From a virus (lineage: Duplodnaviria; Caudoviricetes), in the IMG/VR virus record IMGVR_UViG_3300020045_002297, positions 1-32,406 of that record: a DNA stretch of 32,406 nt, one strand, 5' to 3'. Below are positions 9,174 to 18,312 of the stretch, in pieces (position 1 is the stretch's first letter; the number at the start of each line of letters is the position of its first letter). Below the pieces are notes generated by a model, which saw only the letters and a list, made by a program, of their open reading frames with translations, ran no database searches and was not told the origin of the DNA. Both the position numbers and the translations under genes were made by a program.

Positions 9174-9946
9174 AAAGATATATAAGTTTAGATAACAAAT
9201 CATCTTTAGATTTAAAAATCATCATCAAATCAATTAATGCCTATGGTTCTCCCTCCGCTAGTGTTGAATACGAAGAAATAGACGGTCGAAACGGCGCAAT
9301 TATAATTGACAACGAAAGATACAACAACTATACGCTGGTCGCAAAGTGTTCGGTTATAATTGATAAAGATATTGATTCAACTTTAAGAGCAATAAAATCA
9401 TGGCTTAACGCAAGCAGAGGATACCGCAAGTTGTACGAAAATTGCAATCCTGAACATTATCGAATGGCATCGTTTAATTCTCAATTTGAACCAGAACAAA
9501 GCGGAACAGTTATGGAGTTTAGTCTTGAATTTAACTGCAAACCTTTAATGTACCGAATTGATGGCGATGCGAATATTACAGTTTTAAACGGTGATTCCGT
9601 TGTTATAAACAATCCCGAAGATGAACCAGCAAAACCAATTATAAAGATTTTTGGAAGCGGAAACGGCTCATTTTTATTTAGAGAATCGGACATTGAGGGG
9701 ACAAGCTGGGGCGAAATATCAATCACAGGAGTTACCGAAAGCATTACTGTTGATTTTGAAACAAAGGACGCATACAGAATTGTAAACACATCACCATTGC
9801 TTGTTGAAAATATGAATCTTAATGTTTCAGACTTGTCTTTAGCTGCGTTTTCGTTTCCTCCTGGCTCAAAAAAACAATTGTCAATAAAACTAATTGGCGA
9901 GAATTTCACTAAAATGGAAATCACACCAAGGTGGTGCAGTTTATGA
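9170..9946 (+). CDS. Distal tail protein (Dit)
   Basis: EIDGRNG, FNCKP..Y, KPIIKIFGSG, ITPRW motifs; follows TMP. Confidence 0.88.
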   Translation: MKRYISLDNKSSLDLKIIIKSINAYGSPSASVEYEEIDGRNGAIIIDNERYNNYTLVAKCSVIIDKDIDSTLRAIKSWLNASRGYRKLYENCNPEHYRMASFNSQFEPEQSGTVMEFSLEFNCKPLMYRIDGDANITVLNGDSVVINNPEDEPAKPIIKIFGSGNGSFLFRESDIEGTSWGEISITGVTESITVDFETKDAYRIVNTSPLLVENMNLNVSDLSLAAFSFPPGSKKQLSIKLIGENFTKMEITPRWCSL

Positions 9947-11178
9947 GCATGCCTATATTATATGCTAGCGACACGCTGTCCCTTATCGAAATTGACCCCT
10001 TAGAAGCCGCTGAATCGTTTAACAATAACGGTTTGGGCGGTCTTTTTGATGCAATTAGTTGTTCAGTTGATGAAGAACGCAACGGATCGTATGAGTTAGA
10101 AATGACCTATCCGCTTAGTGGTTTGCATTTTGAAGACATCAAATACGATTGCTTCATCAAAGCGAAGCCAAATTTAATAAGCGAACCGCAGTTATTCCAA
10201 ATTTATTATGTATCAAAGCCAATTAATGGCAAGGTAACTTTTAAAGCTGAACACATAAGTTATCGAACAAAGTTTTTGCCGTGTTCTGGGTTTGCGGTTA
10301 GTAATTTAGCTGCTGCTTTTAACAACACAACGGGCTTGAAATCTCACTCGGTTTTACCTTGCCCGTTCACATTTTATACTAACAAATTCGCACTAGGTGT
10401 TTTAAACATAAGAAAACCTACCGCCATGAAAGACATACTCGGCGGTGTTGATGGCTCAATAGCTGATTTGTACGGTGGCGAATATGAGTTTGATAATTTT
10501 AATATTAGGTTGCTTAACGCAAGAGGCACTGACCGAGGTTTTAAAATCATTCGCGGTGTGAACATGAAAGACGGAACGCAAGAAGAAAATTTTAGCGGTT
10601 TAATAACAGGAATTTATCCGTATTGGAAAATTGTTGGAAACCAAGTAATGTTGACAGAAAAATATATAAAGACAAACAACACATTAGCGTACCAGCGAAT
10701 AGTCCCAATTGATTTAACTGATAAATTTACAGAACAATACATGATTACAACTGACACTGTATATCAAGGCAGCACTGAATATTACACAAAGTCGGGGGAT
10801 ATTTACAATCAATTAACCGCTGGCACTGATTATACAGTTGGTACAACCATAACGGGTACAATTTATGTCCCGTTTGTCCCGACAGAAACACAATTAAGAG
10901 CCGAAGCAACAACATGGTTAAATAAAAACGCTGTTGCTAGTGCTAACCTCAATTTAACGGTTGACTTTGTAAGATTAAGCGGAACGCCCGAATATGCACA
11001 TTATGCCGAACTTGAAAAGGTTGGATTGTGCGATACTGTTACCGTAAAGTATGAAAAATTAGGAATAAATGCAACGGCAAAGGTTATTAAAACATCATTT
11101 GATGTGTTAAAAAATCGCTACAAATCAATCGAACTAGGAACACCAAAGCCAAAACTAAAGGAGCTGTTAAATAAATGA
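9943..11178 (+). CDS. Tail spike/baseplate hub (Tal, prophage endopeptidase family)
   Basis: V.EERNGSYELEMTYP, PQLFQIY, GGEYEFDNF, LCDTVTV, IELG motifs; ATG 9943 overlaps the Dit stop. Confidence 0.9.
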   Translation: MSMPILYASDTLSLIEIDPLEAAESFNNNGLGGLFDAISCSVDEERNGSYELEMTYPLSGLHFEDIKYDCFIKAKPNLISEPQLFQIYYVSKPINGKVTFKAEHISYRTKFLPCSGFAVSNLAAAFNNTTGLKSHSVLPCPFTFYTNKFALGVLNIRKPTAMKDILGGVDGSIADLYGGEYEFDNFNIRLLNARGTDRGFKIIRGVNMKDGTQEENFSGLITGIYPYWKIVGNQVMLTEKYIKTNNTLAYQRIVPIDLTDKFTEQYMITTDTVYQGSTEYYTKSGDIYNQLTAGTDYTVGTTITGTIYVPFVPTETQLRAEATTWLNKNAVASANLNLTVDFVRLSGTPEYAHYAELEKVGLCDTVTVKYEKLGINATAKVIKTSFDVLKNRYKSIELGTPKPKLKELLNK

Positions 11179-14100
11179 TAGATAATATCCAATCAATAAA
11201 TGTTGACTTAACGCGAAAAACCCAAACACCACCGCCAACTGTATATGTCACTCAAAATGATAGCAAAAGCCGAACAGTTAATATTAATATTTGTAACGGC
11301 GGGATTGCGTCTTGGGATGCGGAGGAAACTCCGGTTAAAGTAAACTTTGAAGGTATCGGCGGAGCGGTTGCAAGTTATGTAGATGCAACCATGAACGATG
11401 GCGGAACAATAACCGTAGTTGTCCCAGAATCAGCTTGCACCGTTGCTGGGGTTGTTGCTGCAAAAGTGCAAATTTTAGACGATGCAGATGCAAACTACTT
11501 GTTATCGTCAATGCCTTTTTTTGTTGACATATCCCCGAATGTTGTTGCAAGTATTCAAGGACAAAATGTTGCGGAAATTTATGAAGTACAAGCAAATAAA
11601 ACCAATATCATTAACGCACAAAGCACCGATGAACAATATGGGAGTGCAAAATCGGTATTTGATTTTGTAACAGAAAACACTGGGATAACCGAGGCGACGA
11701 TAGATTACAATGACCCCACATCAGTTATGATATCCTATAAATACAACGGTAACGATTACGGAATAAATCACAATTTTTTAGCTGACGGTAATTGCGCCGA
11801 GGACGGGATTTATTATGTTGGAATTAATACCGAAACGCAATTGGTGGTCGTTAGTGCCGCTGTGACAGAAACAATGAGCACAATTGCAAGAATAACTATT
11901 AGCAGATTGGCCAACTCACGCTATATTTCAGATTTAGTTTATATGCCGTTAAATGTAAAAAACGCTATTGATAGGTATATTGAACTTTATAATGCCAAAG
12001 CCGATAGAGTAACTTCCCCTACCGCTGGTAACCTTGCAGGACTTGATGTAAACGGTAATTTAACTGATAGCGGTATTAATGCGGACTATCAATTAATTTT
12101 AGTAAACGGGAAAGTCCCCTATTTTGAAGTAACTGGAACTGATGTTATTGTTACTGTCAATAGCACGCTTATATATTTAAACAACAAAGGTACTGAAAAA
12201 TATGTAAAAAGTGTTGCCACTCCGATTACTTATGTTGTTAGTCATAACCAAATGTTAATCTGGAACTTGGACGATAACGCTGTTGTAGTTTTGGGTAATA
12301 ATATAACACGCAATAAAAATAATCTTGTGCTATTTTCAAACTCAACAGGGCTTTGCCTTAATGGCCAATTCAAACAGTATTTTTGGGATTTTTATAATAA
12401 ATGCGGAAAGCCAAAAGCAAACTTTACCGAAAAATACGAGATTGTTTCTAATACTTGTGGTAGTCAAGGCTTAACTGTTGTGGGTGATGAAATCTGGCAC
12501 TTCAATGCTTCGGCAGATGATCACAGCGGAACTGGCGACATATTAAGATTTAACAAAAACTTTGAGCAGATTAATACCAATCTTCACAATTATGGTCATT
12601 GCGCAAGTGCTGATTATAATGCAAGCACAGACACACTATTGACAGGAAACGGCACATGGGATACAACAATTTATCCAAGGATTGATTTAACTCCTAATGC
12701 CGTTTCTTATACTGGTGGAGCATGGAAAAGTTTTGTTTTTGGCACAGATTGTATCAGTATAAGCTTTGATACTGGCACGAAACATTTGGGGGGCACTGGC
12801 TCTGCTTATGGCACAGGAGCAATTGCTTGTTGGGGTGAAGCTGATAATATTATTTATCTTGCTACTGGTCAAAGTAGCTCGCCGAGAAAAATATTTAAAG
12901 TATTGCTCGGAATGGGAACAAACAATCTATCCGATTCAACAGGCACAGACAAAACCAAATGGGGAACATTTCTATCGGACAAAACAAATTTGCAATACAA
13001 CGGCACAGCTAAAATACTAAGCGAATACACAGGAACAGAAACGCTTACCTATCAAGGCATTTGTTATTTTGACGGTCATATTTATATGTCTGTTGGAACA
13101 ACTTTTGTTAGATTGTTAAAGATTAAATTGCTTGAAAACACAAACATATTTAGCGTTGTTGACAGCTACGAGTTGCCTAATTATGCAGTAGACGGTTCAA
13201 GGGTTACATATGAGCCAGAGGGCGTTTGTATTCTTGATGATATGTATTTCTTAATGGGTATGGTTAATGTTAATGAATCGCACCTTGTAAAGATACCAAT
13301 TGGTGGCGCTAGTAAAACTTATGTTGATACACAATTAGCGACAAAGCAAAATCTAACAAAAGACTTAGCCACCGAAACCACTCTTGCAGACACAGACACA
13401 ATCCCATTTTATGATTTATCTGTGGCTGCCAACCGCAAAACAACCTGGGCGAATATTAAAGCTAAATTATCAGCACTTTTTTACACGCAAACGGAAATTG
13501 ATGATATGAATTATTCTGTTTGGGACGGCATAAATAACAAATTACCCAATTTTGAGGAAGTCGGTACTGACGATGCAATATCAAACGATGACCAAATTAT
13601 GTTTTATGATACCGAATATAACAATCCACAAAAAACAACTTGGTCAAACTTTAAATCGTTATTGCAAACGGTGTTTACTACAGTTTTCGAATCGATATCA
13701 AACAAAATTACGTCAATCAGCACAGTTTCAAACAGTGCAACAAAATATCCGTCCGAATCGGCTGTAATTGCATATGCACAGCCAAAAGAGCCTATTGCAA
13801 CGCTAGTTGAAAAAATTACAGTGGGATACACACAACTTACAAGTGGGAATTTTATCGAAGGTACAGTTTATGCACAACGATTAACTCAAAAAGGCGCATG
13901 GGCTAACATGACAGTTGTAACCGATTACACAGTTGGTCAATCTATAAGTGCTTGGCGTGCTGCTCATAGCAATAATCAAGTTGCATCATACTCGGCGGCT
14001 TCACCATCTGCAATATCAAGCACAGGATTAACTTATAACGGTATGTTTATTAAAATTAAAACCAAACAAGCCGCAACGGTTTCAACAATTCAATTACAAG

Positions 14101-14381
14101 TCAAATATACAGGCAGCACAACCGAAACTTGCAATATACTTACAGGTATTTCAAATGCGGGCGATTTTTTCAGTTATGCGGAATCTTTAAAGTCTAACGG
14201 TTGGTGGAAAACAGTTGCAGTGGGCGGTAATTATTCTTTGAGCACAGGCACTATGCTGACTATTCCGAGTTCTTACAAGTCTATCAGTTCAGATACTTCG
14301 CCAAATATTACAGAGTTTACATTAACGGCATTAACATCGGTTTTCGCTCCAAATTCGATTATTGATGTTTACGCATTTTAG
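11175..14381 (+). CDS. BppU-type baseplate / receptor-binding tail fibre protein
   Basis: N-terminal BppU-like segment (VTQNDSKSRTV; VPE..CTVAG.V...VQI), fibre motifs (KAD.V...TAGNLAGLD.NGNLTDSG), internal beta-propeller-like blades. Confidence 0.8.
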   Translation: MIDNIQSINVDLTRKTQTPPPTVYVTQNDSKSRTVNINICNGGIASWDAEETPVKVNFEGIGGAVASYVDATMNDGGTITVVVPESACTVAGVVAAKVQILDDADANYLLSSMPFFVDISPNVVASIQGQNVAEIYEVQANKTNIINAQSTDEQYGSAKSVFDFVTENTGITEATIDYNDPTSVMISYKYNGNDYGINHNFLADGNCAEDGIYYVGINTETQLVVVSAAVTETMSTIARITISRLANSRYISDLVYMPLNVKNAIDRYIELYNAKADRVTSPTAGNLAGLDVNGNLTDSGINADYQLILVNGKVPYFEVTGTDVIVTVNSTLIYLNNKGTEKYVKSVATPITYVVSHNQMLIWNLDDNAVVVLGNNITRNKNNLVLFSNSTGLCLNGQFKQYFWDFYNKCGKPKANFTEKYEIVSNTCGSQGLTVVGDEIWHFNASADDHSGTGDILRFNKNFEQINTNLHNYGHCASADYNASTDTLLTGNGTWDTTIYPRIDLTPNAVSYTGGAWKSFVFGTDCISISFDTGTKHLGGTGSAYGTGAIACWGEADNIIYLATGQSSSPRKIFKVLLGMGTNNLSDSTGTDKTKWGTFLSDKTNLQYNGTAKILSEYTGTETLTYQGICYFDGHIYMSVGTTFVRLLKIKLLENTNIFSVVDSYELPNYAVDGSRVTYEPEGVCILDDMYFLMGMVNVNESHLVKIPIGGASKTYVDTQLATKQNLTKDLATETTLADTDTIPFYDLSVAANRKTTWANIKAKLSALFYTQTEIDDMNYSVWDGINNKLPNFEEVGTDDAISNDDQIMFYDTEYNNPQKTTWSNFKSLLQTVFTTVFESISNKITSISTVSNSATKYPSESAVIAYAQPKEPIATLVEKITVGYTQLTSGNFIEGTVYAQRLTQKGAWANMTVVTDYTVGQSISAWRAAHSNNQVASYSAASPSAISSTGLTYNGMFIKIKTKQAATVSTIQLQVKYTGSTTETCNILTGISNAGDFFSYAESLKSNGWWKTVAVGGNYSLSTGTMLTIPSSYKSISSDTSPNITEFTLTALTSVFAPNSIIDVYAF

Positions 14382-14390
14382 GAGGGTAAA

Positions 14391-14492
14391 ATGATAATTA
14401 ACACTTTAGACGAAAACGGGAATCGCATAGAGCGTGAAATGGAAAAGGATGAAATAGCAGAGTTTGAAAAGACGAGAGAAACGGAGGAATAA
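14391..14492 (+). CDS. Small acidic protein (33 aa), possible tail-fibre chaperone
   Basis: Not in ORF track; RBS AGGAGGG; MIINTLDENGNRIEREMEKDEIAEFEKTRETEE; fills the gap between RBP and lysin. Confidence 0.6.
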   Translation: MIINTLDENGNRIEREMEKDEIAEFEKTRETEE

Positions 14493-14494
14493 AA

Positions 14495-15436
14495 ATGCTT
14501 AAATACATACAACAAAATACACTTGCAAACAAAGCAACCAAATATCCAAGCAAATCGCACCCTACATCAACTATCTATGAGGCTGGGTGTGGTGTATGCT
14601 CGTCACTTATGGTGTTGCTCAATTCTACCGACTATACTAAAACTCTCGCTGAATGGGCGTTAAAACTTATCTCAATAGGTGCTAGGGGTGACGAGGGTAC
14701 AGATATGATGGTAGTTGCTAAATACATGAAAGATAAATACGGTTTTAAACTTGTTGTTACTAGCGATATTAACAATCTTACCGAACATCTTAAAAAAGGT
14801 TACAAAGCTGTATGCCATGTAGGACAAAACGGATTGTTTTCAACTGGCGGTCATTATGTTTGTGGCGCTGGGTTGCACAAGGATGGGCGAGTTATTATAC
14901 TAGACAGTTATTATTACACTAACAAATACACATCAACAACGGCACGCAGTAAAGCCTTTGAGTATAACAGCAATACAGACGAGTTATATGTTTCGGCTAA
15001 AGACCTTGAAAGCGATGCAAGGGGTAGTAAATATTATTTGTTCACGCCAACTAAAAATATTGACTTGAAAGAATCGTCAAATAGCGTTGTTACATATCGA
15101 AAAGCCGAAGCCGACAAAGCCAAAAAGAAATTACTTGACGAAGCAAAAGCCGATGCAGAACGAAGCGCAAAAGCAGCCGCCGAAAAAATTAGGGCAGAAA
15201 TTGCAAAGCAAAAAAACGAAATACTTAAACTATTTACAGTTAAAAACGATACTGCGCTTTATTTTACAGAACCAACAACAAAAGCCAATAAGTATAAAGG
15301 TAAATTTGTTAAAGGCGATACAGTTTTAGTTGTAAAAGGTGGCTCTAAAATCACTCTAAGGGGTGCGTTTTACAAAGCAAAATTGAAAGGTCAATACTAC
15401 TATGTGCCTGCACAGTGGTTAAAGAGGGTTAAATAA
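14495..15436 (+). CDS. Putative endolysin: C39-like cysteine peptidase, Ala/Lys helical linker, SH3-like C-terminal domain
   Basis: Q..(AG)CGVCSSLMV, GGHYV, IILDSY catalytic Cys/His/Asp pattern; adjacent to holins. Confidence 0.75.
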   Translation: MLKYIQQNTLANKATKYPSKSHPTSTIYEAGCGVCSSLMVLLNSTDYTKTLAEWALKLISIGARGDEGTDMMVVAKYMKDKYGFKLVVTSDINNLTEHLKKGYKAVCHVGQNGLFSTGGHYVCGAGLHKDGRVIILDSYYYTNKYTSTTARSKAFEYNSNTDELYVSAKDLESDARGSKYYLFTPTKNIDLKESSNSVVTYRKAEADKAKKKLLDEAKADAERSAKAAAEKIRAEIAKQKNEILKLFTVKNDTALYFTEPTTKANKYKGKFVKGDTVLVVKGGSKITLRGAFYKAKLKGQYYYVPAQWLKRVK

Positions 15437-15440
15437 AATT

Positions 15441-15680
15441 ATGGATAATAACACAATTATGATTTTATTAGGGTTCGTTGTAGCTATGATTGGCATTATG
15501 ACACCTGTTATAAAATTAAATAAAACAATAACAGAATTTAGCTGTGCTATTGCAGAGTTAAGACAATTGTTATCTGGAACAACTGACGCTGTTGATAAAC
15601 AAGGGGAACAATTAAAAGATCACGAAAACAGAATTGTTAAATTAGAATGCGAAAGCGAATTTCAGTGTAACAAAAAATAA
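15441..15680 (+). CDS. Holin-associated membrane protein (1 TM plus coiled coil)
   Basis: Hydrophobic N-terminus, C-terminal DHENRI.KLE motif common in Bacillota phage lysis cassettes. Confidence 0.7.
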   Translation: MDNNTIMILLGFVVAMIGIMTPVIKLNKTITEFSCAIAELRQLLSGTTDAVDKQGEQLKDHENRIVKLECESEFQCNKK

Positions 15681-15704
15681 AAAAAAAGAAGGAGATACAC
15701 ATAT

Positions 15705-15887
15705 ATGCAAAATAGATTTAAATCATGGGCGCTATGGCTTGCAGTTGCAGCGCTTGTTGTATTCTGCGTTAAAGAGTTTGTCGGTGTCGATATAAGCGAA
15801 TCAGTAAACGGATTACTTAATGTGTTGTTACCAGTGTTAGTTGGATTTGGCATAATTAATAATCCATCAGACAAAAACAAAATATAA
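15705..15887 (+). CDS. Holin (2 TM)
   Basis: QNRFKSWALW...LVGFGIINNPS pattern; RBS AAGGAG. Confidence 0.85.
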   Translation: MQNRFKSWALWLAVAALVVFCVKEFVGVDISESVNGLLNVLLPVLVGFGIINNPSDKNKI

Positions 15888-15892
15888 TAGTA

Positions 15893-15930
15893 AAAGCCTA
15901 TCGCATTAATTTGTGATAGGCTTATTTTTT
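15893..15930 (+). terminator. Late operon terminator
   Basis: AAGCCTATCGCA-TTAATT-TGTGATAGGCTT followed by ATTTTTT. Confidence 0.85.
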
Positions 15931-15931
15931 A

Positions 15932-15954
15932 TTTCGTGTGAATTTTCGTGTGAA
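15932..15954. repeat. Left integrase arm-type sites of attP
   Basis: Tandem TTTCGTGTGAA x2, matching the pair at 16171-16194. Confidence 0.7.
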
Positions 15955-16057
15955 CTAATTTGTTTATTTATTATTTTTAACTTATAAAAATCCGATATCA
16001 CATATAAATATTAAACAATTATAAACGCTTGAAACAGGCATAAACAGAGGGTATAAA

Positions 16058-16092
16058 GCAAAAATCGCCTAACCGCAATGGGTTAGACGATT
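16058..16092 (-). terminator. Terminator downstream of integrase / reconstituted tRNA
   Basis: AATCGCCTAACC...GGTTAGACGATT imperfect stem with A-run on the plus strand (U-tail on minus). Confidence 0.6.
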
Positions 16093-16101
16093 AATATAAA
16101 T

Positions 16102-16130
16102 TGGTCGGGACGACAGGATTCGAACCCGTC
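16102..16130 (-). mobile_element. attP: attP core: 3' end of a tRNA-Pro gene (T-arm, acceptor strand, CCA)
   Basis: Minus strand reads GACGGGTTCGAATCCTGTCGTCCCGACCA; the CCCG-A-CCA end fits tRNA-Pro; 20 nt past the integrase stop; no 5' tRNA half present. Confidence 0.85.
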
Positions 16131-16150
16131 AATAATGCGCCAAAAGCAGC

Positions 16151-17197
16151 CTATTTATCGCATTTTTTCTTTTTCGTGTGCATTTTCGTGGGAATTTTAT
16201 TAAAAGTTTTGTTAAATTCAAGGTTTATTTGTTTTGTTATTTCGTCGTTTTTATCGGTCAATATATGATTATAAATTTTGTTTACCACTGATTCGCTTGA
16301 CCAACCGCCGCGGCTCATTATATATTTGGTGGGAATATTTAAAGCGTGCAGATATGAAACGCAGTAATGCCGTAAATCGTGGAATCTAAAATGGTTTATA
16401 TTGTTATTCTTTAATATTTTGCTAAACTCTTTTGTAATGATACCTGGATTATATGTTTTATCCCCCACGGTTTTTAATATGACTTCCATAAATTTGGGAT
16501 ATTCAATAATCCTATAACCCGAGTATGTTTTAGGAATTTTGACAACCCATTTTTTATTATCGTCTTTAGCCATTGCTTTACTAACTGTTACCGAGCATCC
16601 TTTTACATCATCTTTAGTTAATGCACATATTTCACCTCGGCGCATAGGGCCGAACGCGGCGAGCATTATAGGCAATTCCATTTCGGTATTCTTGACACAT
16701 TTTAAAAGCGCTTTTATTTCTTTTTCGGTTGGAATATATAAATCTACTTTTTCTTTTTGCGGCAAAGTTGTTTTGTATATTAAATCAGACCTAAACATTG
16801 TTAATACTGGTGTCAATAATCCGAAAATATTCCTAACAGTTTTTGGGGCTAACTTTTTTGATTCGATGTTAATAGCAACTTGTATTAATTCTTCGGTTAT
16901 ATCTTTTATTGGCAAATTCATAATACATTGTAAATCACGCTTTGCAGAGCCTTTGTATTCTCTGTATGTGTTAGGCGATAAAACACTTGACTTACTTTCA
17001 ATATATCGGTCATAAGCCTGTGACAGTGTCATGTTTTCAATCTGCGCTTCATCCGCGCCGCATTGCCAATCAAGAGCCATTTTTGCAACGACTTTTTTAT
17101 CCGCATGGGTAAATGATTTTCTTTCTTTTTTGTCATTAACGATTCTGAACGCTTGCACCCTCCAGTTATCAGATGGGAGTTGTTTTGCTTTTGCCAT
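16151..17197 (-). CDS. int: Tyrosine integrase
   Basis: MRRGEICAL (R), PKT (K), FHDLRH (HxxR), RGGW, IYNH (Y); adjacent attP. Confidence 0.96.
   Translation of the reverse strand: MAKAKQLPSDNWRVQAFRIVNDKKERKSFTHADKKVVAKMALDWQCGADEAQIENMTLSQAYDRYIESKSSVLSPNTYREYKGSAKRDLQCIMNLPIKDITEELIQVAINIESKKLAPKTVRNIFGLLTPVLTMFRSDLIYKTTLPQKEKVDLYIPTEKEIKALLKCVKNTEMELPIMLAAFGPMRRGEICALTKDDVKGCSVTVSKAMAKDDNKKWVVKIPKTYSGYRIIEYPKFMEVILKTVGDKTYNPGIITKEFSKILKNNNINHFRFHDLRHYCVSYLHALNIPTKYIMSRGGWSSESVVNKIYNHILTDKNDEITKQINLEFNKTFNKIPTKMHTKKKKCDK
16171..16194. repeat. Right integrase arm-type sites (inside integrase 3' end)
   Basis: TTTTCGTGTGCA-TTTTCGTGGGAA, same orientation as the left pair. Confidence 0.7.
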
Positions 17198-17224
17198 AAT
17201 ATCACCTTAATTTATATTTTCCAA

Positions 17225-18016
17225 CTAAATTATATCAGCCGTTACAATTTTCTTAGGCTCTTTGGCTTTATTAATGTTTCTCTCTAATTTTTGCAGTTTC
17301 TTTTTGGCTTCGTCATAGTTTTCGCCCTCAACTATTTCTCTTTTTAAAATTTCAATATTGATTATGTCGTGAATTTCTTCATTAGTTGCTTTTATTTCAG
17401 GGCATAATCTTTTTAGTTGTTTGCGAACCGAAGAAACGCACTCCTCAGACAACAATATTTGACCTAAAACAAATCTGTTCATTATTTGCTTTTGGTTCAA
17501 TAAATCTTCAAGGGTTGCTTTGCTTGATTTTGCGAAAGCTTCAATGCAAAGATAATATAACATTTCAATATCTGATTGTTTTTTAGAATTAATTTCCGTC
17601 ATATCAAACTCATAAACTAAATCTTTTTCAATTGGTTTAGTGAATAATACCTTAAACACCTTCCACTGCACCCCATTAGTAAGGACAACCCAATCAACGC
17701 CCGAATCGGCGGCATAATTTGTCGCTTGTCTTACAAAATCATCTTTTAAATCAAGACCGATTGCTTTGCATTCAAGCAATAAAGATACTTCACCATTTAA
17801 TTTTATTGCTAAATCACAAAAAGTCTTTTTAATGGCGAATTCAGATGTGATGTTTTCATACTTGTCATAACCGAAAATTTCAAAAAGCATATCAGCAATT
17901 ATTGTAACGGTGTCGCTTTCGTTAATGTCAGCACTTTTAGCCTTTGATAAAATAGGCTGGAATTTTTTAATTCCCTTTGTAATTCTGTCTTTTGTTTTTG
18001 TGTTAATGGTAATCAT
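17225..18016 (-). CDS. Stand-alone HsdR N-terminal-like PD-(D/E)xK nuclease domain protein
   Basis: NESDT, FGYD, CDLAI, LLECK, Q...Y, VLTNG..W motifs; RBS AAGGAG; no helicase, HsdM or HsdS nearby. Confidence 0.8.
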   Translation of the reverse strand: MITINTKTKDRITKGIKKFQPILSKAKSADINESDTVTIIADMLFEIFGYDKYENITSEFAIKKTFCDLAIKLNGEVSLLLECKAIGLDLKDDFVRQATNYAADSGVDWVVLTNGVQWKVFKVLFTKPIEKDLVYEFDMTEINSKKQSDIEMLYYLCIEAFAKSSKATLEDLLNQKQIMNRFVLGQILLSEECVSSVRKQLKRLCPEIKATNEEIHDIINIEILKREIVEGENYDEAKKKLQKLERNINKAKEPKKIVTADII

Positions 18017-18185
18017 TTTATATCTCCTTAAACTTTATTTAAACAACATAATCCATTTAAAACTACCCTAAAATTAAGTTAGGGATTACAACCATACAAT
18101 ATATAAGCGTACGCTAATATTATATTTATATCTATTAATTTTTCGATTTTTTCGTGCCTAATTTGGCGGTTTCGTGCCACGATTG

Positions 18186-18213
18186 TTGACATAAATTAGA
18201 TAAGTGATAAACT
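18186..18213 (+). promoter_or_regulatory. Candidate sigma-A promoter
   Basis: TTGACA-16 nt-TAAACT with TGn extension. Other candidate -10 boxes are TAAAAT 18269 and TACAAT 18277, next to the SOS box. Confidence 0.45.
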
Positions 18214-18282
18214 TTAAAAGTGACAATTTGTATTGTGTGATTTTTTACTGTGTCTTTTATCGTACAGTTAAAATATTACAAT

Positions 18283-18296
18283 AGAACAAATGTTCG
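18283..18296 (+). promoter_or_regulatory. LexA (Cheo/SOS) box
   Basis: AGAACAAATGTTCG contains a perfect GAAC-N4-GTTC, lying between TACAAT (18277-18282) and the RBS of ORF 18313. Confidence 0.8.
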
Positions 18297-18312
18297 AAAG
18301 GAAGTTTTAAAA

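Noticed and set aside
16102-16130. Functional tRNA gene
   Set aside because: Only the T-arm and 3' acceptor strand are present; upstream on that strand is the integrase end.
35-17015. Antisense and alternate-frame ORFs within structural genes and integrase (e.g. 3163-3636, 7460-7897, 9481-9924, 16539-17015)
   Set aside because: Fully overlap well-supported genes, lack RBS or motifs, and are expected shadows of codon bias.
18150-18180. TTTCGTGCC x2 as extra integrase arm sites
   Set aside because: Only partial match to TTTCGTGTG and 2 kb from the core; may be an unrelated regulatory repeat, insufficient evidence.
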